Assembly (NCBI GenBank): GCA_047602755.1 | Contig: JBLKOM010000006.1 | Location: forward strand, 77,561-141,560 | Length of the DNA stretch: 64,000 nucleotides | Reading direction: 5' to 3' | From: Candidatus Woesearchaeota archaeon | Lineage (GTDB): Archaea > Nanobdellota > Nanobdellia > Woesearchaeales > JACJVV01 | In this document: in pieces, positions 58,008 to 64,000 of the stretch | How positions within the stretch are numbered: position 1 is the first letter of the stretch | Layout of the letters: each line of letters starts with the position of its first letter | Notes under the pieces: model-generated | What the model was told of the DNA's origin: nothing | The model's input: only the letters and a program-made list of their open reading frames with translations | Database searches by the model: none | Translations under genes and position numbers: made by a program

Positions 58008-60443
58008 ATGGGGAAGAATTCATATGAAATTTCTGGAATGCACTGTGCAAGCTGTGCAAACAGTATTGAGAAAGGATTAAATAAAGAAAAAAAAGTTATT
58101 TCTGCAAAAGTTAATATTGCAACAAATAAATTGTTTATTGATACAACCTTAACAGAAAAAGAAATACAAGATAAGCTAAAACAAATTGGAAATTTTAAAA
58201 TTCAGAGCAAAGAAAATAATAATATAACATTACAAATTGTAGGGATTACTTGCAGTTCATGTGTAAGTAAAATAGAAAAAAGTTTAAATAAATTACACGG
58301 AATAAATTCTGCAAGAGTTAATATTGCAACTTCTAAAGCTTCAATAAATTATGATGCATCAAAAATTAATTTTTTAGATATAGTAGAAGATATAAAAAAG
58401 AATGGATATAAAGTAGTAAAAAATGAAAAGAATGATGGAAAAAAAGATTTAGCGCATGAAGAATTAAAAATAGCATCAAAAAGAATGTGGTTTTCTGTTG
58501 CATTTGCTGGTCCATTAATGGTATTAATGATGATTGATATGTTTGTATTTATGGTACCATATTATTTAATTATAATTGCATTAATGGGTGCACCAGTTAT
58601 ATTTATTGCAGGTTTTGAAACACATAAATCAGCTTTTCGGTCAGTTATAAACCTAAGCCCTAACATGGATACCCTTGTAACTTTAGGGTCATTAATTCCA
58701 TACACATTAAGTTTACTTGCATTATGGTTCCCAGTACAAGCTTTCATAGAGATGGCAACAACAATATTATCTTTACATCTTGTTGGAAGATACCTTGAAG
58801 CAAAAGCAAAAGGAAGAGCATCAAATGCTATAAAAAAATTATTTTCACTTGGAGCAAAAAAAGCAACAATACTAGTAAATAATGTAGAAAAAGAAATATC
58901 TATAGAAGCATTAAAAGTTGGAGATATTATGGTTATAAAACCTGGAGAAAAAATTCCAACCGATGGAGAAATAATTAAAGGTGAGACCAGTATTGATGAA
59001 TCAATGGCCACAGGTGAATCATTACCTGTACAGAAGAAGAAAGGAGATAATGTAATTGGTTCAACTATAAATAAAAACGGAAGAATATTAGTTAAAGCTA
59101 CAAAAATTGGTGATGATACATTCTTAAGCCAAATAATAAAATTAGTTGAAGAATGTCAAGGAAGTAAAGTTCCTATCCAAGAATTTGCTGACAAAGTAAC
59201 AGGATATTTTGTACCAGGAGTTATATTTATTGCATTAGCTGCTTTTGGATCATGGTTATTATTCCCTGAAATTCATATAAGAATAGTTGAGTTTTTTAAT
59301 TTTCCATGGACAAATCCTACAGCACCATTATTAACATTAGCAATACTTGCTTCTACTGCTGTATTAGTTATATCATGTCCTTGCGCATTAGGACTTGCAA
59401 CACCGACAGCATTAATGGTTGGGTCAGGGTTAGGAGCAGAAAAAGGAATCCTGATTAGAAAAGGAGAAGCAATCCAAACAATGAAAGATCTTAAATGTAT
59501 AATTTTTGATAAAACAGGAACATTAACTAATGGGAAACCAGAAGTTACTGATATATTAACATATAATAATTTTACAAAAAAAGATGTATTATATTATTCA
59601 GCAAGCTTAGAAAAATCATCAGAACATCCTTTAGCAACAGCGTTTATTGAAAAATCTAAAGAAAATAATATTGAATTAAAAGAAGCTACAAATTTTAAAG
59701 CAATATCTGGAAAAGGAATTAAAGGTAAAATAAACAAAAAAGTAGTTTTAGTAGGAAATACTAAATTAATGAAAGAATATAAGATTGATTATGAAGAATA
59801 TCAAGCTGATTTAGAACAGTTAGAAAATGAAGCAAAGACATCAATGTTCATATCTATTAATAATAAAGTTGCAGGAATCATTGCTGTTGCTGACACACTT
59901 AAAGAAAATTCAGAAAAAGCAATTCTTGAAATACATAAAATGGGCATTAAAACTGCTATGATAACTGGTGATAATAATCGTACTGCAAAAGCTATTGCAG
60001 CAAAAATTGGAATTGATGATGTAATCTCAGATGTACTTCCTGAAGGTAAAGTAATAGAAGTAAAAAGATTGCAGAAAAAGTATGGTCTAGTTGGAATGGT
60101 TGGTGATGGAATTAATGATGCACCTGCTTTAAAACAAGCAAATGTCGGAATTGCTATTGGAACAGGAACAGATATAGCAATAGAAGCAGCAGATATTACC
60201 CTTGTAAGAGGAAATTTAGGATCATTGATTAGTGCCATAAAATTATCAAATGCTACATTTAGGAAGATTAAACAAAATTATTTTTGGGCTTGGTTTTATA
60301 ATGCTGTAGCGATACCTGCTGCATTTTTAGGATTACTTCATCCAATGATAGGAGCTGGAGCAATGGCATTAAGCTCAGTTAATGTTGTATTAAACTCAAT
60401 AAGGCTAAAATATGCTAATATAAATCCTAGATTTAAGGAATAA
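58008..60443 (+). CDS. copA: Copper-translocating P1B-type ATPase
   Basis: Two HMA domains (CASC, CSSC), CPC, DKTGT, HP, YN, MALSS. Confidence 0.95.
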   Translation: MGKNSYEISGMHCASCANSIEKGLNKEKKVISAKVNIATNKLFIDTTLTEKEIQDKLKQIGNFKIQSKENNNITLQIVGITCSSCVSKIEKSLNKLHGINSARVNIATSKASINYDASKINFLDIVEDIKKNGYKVVKNEKNDGKKDLAHEELKIASKRMWFSVAFAGPLMVLMMIDMFVFMVPYYLIIIALMGAPVIFIAGFETHKSAFRSVINLSPNMDTLVTLGSLIPYTLSLLALWFPVQAFIEMATTILSLHLVGRYLEAKAKGRASNAIKKLFSLGAKKATILVNNVEKEISIEALKVGDIMVIKPGEKIPTDGEIIKGETSIDESMATGESLPVQKKKGDNVIGSTINKNGRILVKATKIGDDTFLSQIIKLVEECQGSKVPIQEFADKVTGYFVPGVIFIALAAFGSWLLFPEIHIRIVEFFNFPWTNPTAPLLTLAILASTAVLVISCPCALGLATPTALMVGSGLGAEKGILIRKGEAIQTMKDLKCIIFDKTGTLTNGKPEVTDILTYNNFTKKDVLYYSASLEKSSEHPLATAFIEKSKENNIELKEATNFKAISGKGIKGKINKKVVLVGNTKLMKEYKIDYEEYQADLEQLENEAKTSMFISINNKVAGIIAVADTLKENSEKAILEIHKMGIKTAMITGDNNRTAKAIAAKIGIDDVISDVLPEGKVIEVKRLQKKYGLVGMVGDGINDAPALKQANVGIAIGTGTDIAIEAADITLVRGNLGSLISAIKLSNATFRKIKQNYFWAWFYNAVAIPAAFLGLLHPMIGAGAMALSSVNVVLNSIRLKYANINPRFKE

Positions 60444-60506
60444 GGTATGTCAAGTTCTGAGATATAATTAATAAAACTTATAAGCAAATATTGAGTTATA
60501 TATTCA

Positions 60507-61037
60507 ATGAATCAGAAATATATAGGTATAATTGTACTGATAATAGGAATACTGCTAATTGGAATAGTAACTACATTAAAAATTAATGAAGATAAGATGA
60601 TTAATGAAATGATACATGATACAGGATCATGTTTTCTTGATGATGGAACTTGCTTACATAGTGAAAGAGATTGGATAACTTATATTATTGGTTGGATACT
60701 ATCATCTGCACTTATAATTTTAGGATTATACTTAATATTTTTTGATAAAACACAACAAGTTTTATTACAACAAAATTCAGAGATTGCAAAGTCACTTGTT
60801 GAAGCAAAGAAAAAAGAAGAGTTTAATGCTTTTCTTTCAGGATTTGATGAACAACAACAAAAAGTTCTACGTGTAATAAACAATGAAGAAGGAATATTGC
60901 AATCAACTTTAAGATATCGTGTTGAGATGTCAAAAACATCATTATCGATTCTATTAAGAGAACTTGAAGATAAAGGAATTATATTAAGAAAAACTGAAGG
61001 TAAATCAAATAAAGTATTCTTGAGAAAAAAATGGTAA
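60507..61037 (+). CDS. Membrane-tethered MarR-like winged-helix protein
   Basis: Two TM helices around a C..DDG.C.H loop; GILQSTL.....MSK..LS..L.ELE.KG.I wHTH. Confidence 0.8.
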   Translation: MNQKYIGIIVLIIGILLIGIVTTLKINEDKMINEMIHDTGSCFLDDGTCLHSERDWITYIIGWILSSALIILGLYLIFFDKTQQVLLQQNSEIAKSLVEAKKKEEFNAFLSGFDEQQQKVLRVINNEEGILQSTLRYRVEMSKTSLSILLRELEDKGIILRKTEGKSNKVFLRKKW

Positions 61038-61957
61038 GTAAAAAACAACTTACAGTATTATGGATTACTATAGTATTATTGTTTTTGATAAATATATCAC
61101 TATTTACATTATTTTACTTAGATTATAGAACAAAAACTGATGAACTTAATAATTTAATTAGGATTGTAGAAAAAGATCGAATTGATGCAGATGCATTTAT
61201 TATGGATCAATTAATTAGAGAGACAAATGAAAGAGCTAATTTTGAGATAATGACTTATGAAAATTTTAATAATCTTGAAAATTATATAACTAATAGAACT
61301 ACAAATCTTCAATTAGATTTTGAAACAAGAATTGGTGAAGTTTCACAAGAAATTGCAGGATTTGAAAGTAGAATAGATCGAATAAGAGTTTCAAGTAATG
61401 ATTTTAGTGATATTATAGAAGAAGTTGCACAAGCAGTAGTTAGTATAAGAACAAATAGAGGTATTGGAAGTGGAGTCTTTTTTCATAAAGATGGATATAT
61501 TATGACAAATAGACATGTTATCGAGAATACAAGAAGTATCAATGCCATAACATATAATGGAACTGTATTCCCTGTAAGAATTATTGGAACAGCAGTAAAT
61601 GCAGATTTAGCTGTTTTACAAATAACAACTGGTGGAACATTTCCTTTTTTAAGATTTGAAGAAGATTTTAGAATTGGTGAAAGAGTTATTGCAATAGGTA
61701 ATCCATTAGGACTTGCATTTAGTGTAACAGAAGGTATAATAAGTGGTTCAGATAGAGTTATTGATAATACTGGAATTGGATATATTCAAACAGATGTTTC
61801 AATAAATTCAGGTAATTCTGGTGGTCCATTAGTTAACAGTGGAAAAAGAATTGTAGGAATAAATACATTTAAAATTTCTGCAACAGAAGGTTTAGGATTT
61901 GCAATCCCTGCATCAGTTGCAAGAGATATTGGCGAACAAGCATTAAGTGTTGATTAA
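61031..61957 (+). CDS. HtrA-like trypsin serine protease without PDZ, with N-terminal TM and coiled coil
   Basis: GSG, TNRHV, DLAVL, AIGNPLG, IQTD..IN.GNSGGPL. Confidence 0.9.
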   Translation: MVSKKQLTVLWITIVLLFLINISLFTLFYLDYRTKTDELNNLIRIVEKDRIDADAFIMDQLIRETNERANFEIMTYENFNNLENYITNRTTNLQLDFETRIGEVSQEIAGFESRIDRIRVSSNDFSDIIEEVAQAVVSIRTNRGIGSGVFFHKDGYIMTNRHVIENTRSINAITYNGTVFPVRIIGTAVNADLAVLQITTGGTFPFLRFEEDFRIGERVIAIGNPLGLAFSVTEGIISGSDRVIDNTGIGYIQTDVSINSGNSGGPLVNSGKRIVGINTFKISATEGLGFAIPASVARDIGEQALSVD

Positions 61958-62018
61958 ATTCTAAAATAATTATTTAACCATATACATCATTATAAATGAA
62001 TAATTAATTATAAATAAT

Positions 62019-62546
62019 ATGGACAATCCTATAAAAGAAGCAAGAATTGAACTATTATATGATATTGAAGCAATTGTTAATGAGAGTAATCCAGATAAAA
62101 CTACACAAATAGTTCATAATATTAAACCAGCTAAATATCTTACATTACAGGAATCTGATAAAGTTTTTCCAAGTGAATACTTTAATGATAATACAATCAT
62201 TGTTTTACCAACTGATCAAATTAGTCAGCCAACAAATGTTTTAGATTACGATGAAGATCAAATAAAACTAGATGAATTAAATATAGGAGATAAATATCCA
62301 TTAACATTAATTATGTGTGCACATACTATTGAAGTAAGCACTTCACCTATGTTTGTACAAAATTCTTGTCAGAGAATTAATGTTGGAAGCTCTTTATCTG
62401 TTAGAAATATTGATGATCTTATAAGAAATTCAAAAGAACATTTTGCAAGTATTTTAGAAAGTAATGGTATTGATGTTAATAAAGATTATATTTATTTAAG
62501 AATTGCAATGTATGAAAATATTAAAGGTAGACCACAAGATTTCTAA
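62019..62546 (+). CDS. Hypothetical protein
   Basis: 175-aa ORF. Confidence 0.65.
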   Translation: MDNPIKEARIELLYDIEAIVNESNPDKTTQIVHNIKPAKYLTLQESDKVFPSEYFNDNTIIVLPTDQISQPTNVLDYDEDQIKLDELNIGDKYPLTLIMCAHTIEVSTSPMFVQNSCQRINVGSSLSVRNIDDLIRNSKEHFASILESNGIDVNKDYIYLRIAMYENIKGRPQDF

Positions 62547-62548
62547 AA

Positions 62549-63289
62549 TTATTTATTATCTCTCCAAAAATAGTTAAAATATTTCATATAACTTTTTTTT
62601 ATTTCTTTAGACTCCAAAACAAAGGCAAATGATTGTTCAGACCATAAAATTTGAGCAACCTTATCACCAAAAATTAAGATTACCATAGGTGATGATAAAT
62701 TTTTAGGAAGCTGATGTAACTTATAGTAATTTTTATTGTGTAAATGCCTATTTTTTGAATTTAAATTTGCAAGTGATTTTCCATGATCAACCAGATCATA
62801 CATCCAACATTTTTGCTCTACTCTTCGTTTCATCCAATGATTAAACCAATTTTTTAAAGAAGTTTTTTCAATTCCTGAGTTACCACCTATCCAGTAAATC
62901 ATTTTATGGTTTATTGCCTCATCAAGTAAAGATTTAATAGATTCATTTCCACGATAGACTTCAGCATTAATGGTATTTTTCTTTTGATTAAATAAATTAA
63001 TAATGTCAGGCAAAGAATTCTCAATTAAAGTTAATGACTTTTTCTTTTCTTTTATTTTTTCTAAAATATTGTTCGGGTGGGTACATTGATACACTTTTAC
63101 TTTTTTCTCAACAGTATAACTAACAAAACCTTTATCAATTAATTTATTAAGAATATCATATATATTTCTTCGTTCATATCCTGTTTTTTCTTGAATACTA
63201 TTTAATGAAGAACTTCCTAATTCTAACAAAGTAGAATATACTTTTGATTGACCTTCACTTAGCCCTAACTCTTTAAGATCTATTTTCAT
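62549..63289 (-). CDS. TrmB-family transcriptional regulator
   Basis: LKELGLS....KVY..LL..G...RRNIYDILNKL..KG; one effector domain ending YFNYFW; probable start MKIDL at 63289. Confidence 0.88.
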   Translation of the reverse strand: MKIDLKELGLSEGQSKVYSTLLELGSSSLNSIQEKTGYERRNIYDILNKLIDKGFVSYTVEKKVKVYQCTHPNNILEKIKEKKKSLTLIENSLPDIINLFNQKKNTINAEVYRGNESIKSLLDEAINHKMIYWIGGNSGIEKTSLKNWFNHWMKRRVEQKCWMYDLVDHGKSLANLNSKNRHLHNKNYYKLHQLPKNLSSPMVILIFGDKVAQILWSEQSFAFVLESKEIKKSYMKYFNYFWRDNK

Positions 63290-63429
63290 TGAATAACTAA
63301 TACTATTTGAATTTATATTATTTATGGTATTATACAATACCACAACATTTTATATAGTAAGTATAATGCAATTATTTGTTCTAGCGCAGATTTAGGGTAT
63401 GGCCTATCATTAGATTATAAAGGATAAAA

Positions 63430-63999
63430 ATGATAGGAATGCATTGGGGATTTGTAAAACTTGTAACGAATTTACTATTCATATTAATCCTTGTTACATT
63501 TCCAATTTATCATACATTAAGCGTGGTTTTGCTATTTGCATTAATTGCATTTTGGAGTAGAATACCTGGTACTTCAATACCCTCTCCATTATGGGTACTA
63601 TATATGATTGATTTAGTTGATCTTTTTAGCTTAATAGTTGCAATTAATATAAGTGGACCAGCTGGTGCTTTACTAGCATTTTTTGGTAATTTTGTTCCAA
63701 GAATAGGAGGAATCACACCTGCATGGAGTGATGTAATTAAAGATAGCATAATACAACCATTAATATGCTTAATCATGCCATTCATATATGCAATAGTTCA
63801 AGACATAACTGTTTGCATGGTAATATATACATTGTTAAGACAGATAGGGTTTTTTATTGCAAATTTTGTATATCCTGAATATGGTTCTTTTCCACAATAT
63901 GTTATATTATTCATAGCATATACAACTACACAAACATTAATTAATTATCTTTATGGAAAGTATTTTGGAGCATTTTTTGACACAATTATAAAAGAAGGA
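63430..63999 (+). CDS. Multi-pass membrane protein, runs off the right edge (not in the ORF track)
   Basis: ATG at 63430; open hydrophobic frame MIGMHWGFVKLVTNLLFILIL... to the window end. Confidence 0.7.
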   Translation, partial: MIGMHWGFVKLVTNLLFILILVTFPIYHTLSVVLLFALIAFWSRIPGTSIPSPLWVLYMIDLVDLFSLIVAINISGPAGALLAFFGNFVPRIGGITPAWSDVIKDSIIQPLICLIMPFIYAIVQDITVCMVIYTLLRQIGFFIANFVYPEYGSFPQYVILFIAYTTTQTLINYLYGKYFGAFFDTIIKEG

Positions 64000-64000
64000 A

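Noticed and set aside
63510..63785. 91-aa minus-strand ORF
   Set aside because: Shadow of the longer plus-strand membrane gene starting at 63430

Overview
Very AT-rich archaeal chromosome segment. The archaeal origin is shown by ribosomal L35Ae, RNA polymerase subunit L, a PAC2 proteasome chaperone, TrmB regulators, an intron-containing tRNA-Ser and GGAGG/GGTG Shine-Dalgarno sites. The gene mix and many unassignable coiled-coil and membrane proteins suggest a DPANN (Woesearchaeota-like) organism; that assignment is an inference. Recognisable content: manC/manB, a partial his cluster with unusual HisA-HisI and HisG-HisE fusions, thrB, Lhr helicase, Ca-type and Cu-type P-ATPases with a copper cluster, and a 1.3-kaa LamG surface protein. 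I recognised no integrase, intact transposase, CRISPR array or rRNA. The most striking unexplained structure is at about 33.5-38.8 kb. There, three winged-helix genes (two with coiled coils) and a Zn-ribbon gene sit among long non-coding tracts holding four repeat families: helically phased ~52.5-bp iteron-like repeats, inverted GGGAATGA arrays, a 15-bp palindrome, and a 22-bp inverted repeat 4 kb apart. This is a candidate non-canonical replication origin or chromosome-segregation system. Other highlights: an outer-membrane beta-barrel-like (COG4313-like) protein in an archaeon, a two-copy ~80-nt structured element with covariation, tRNA-linked 114-bp tandem repeats, and a 7-gene unknown envelope operon with paralogous membrane domains. 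All family assignments come from motifs recognised by eye; no database search was run.
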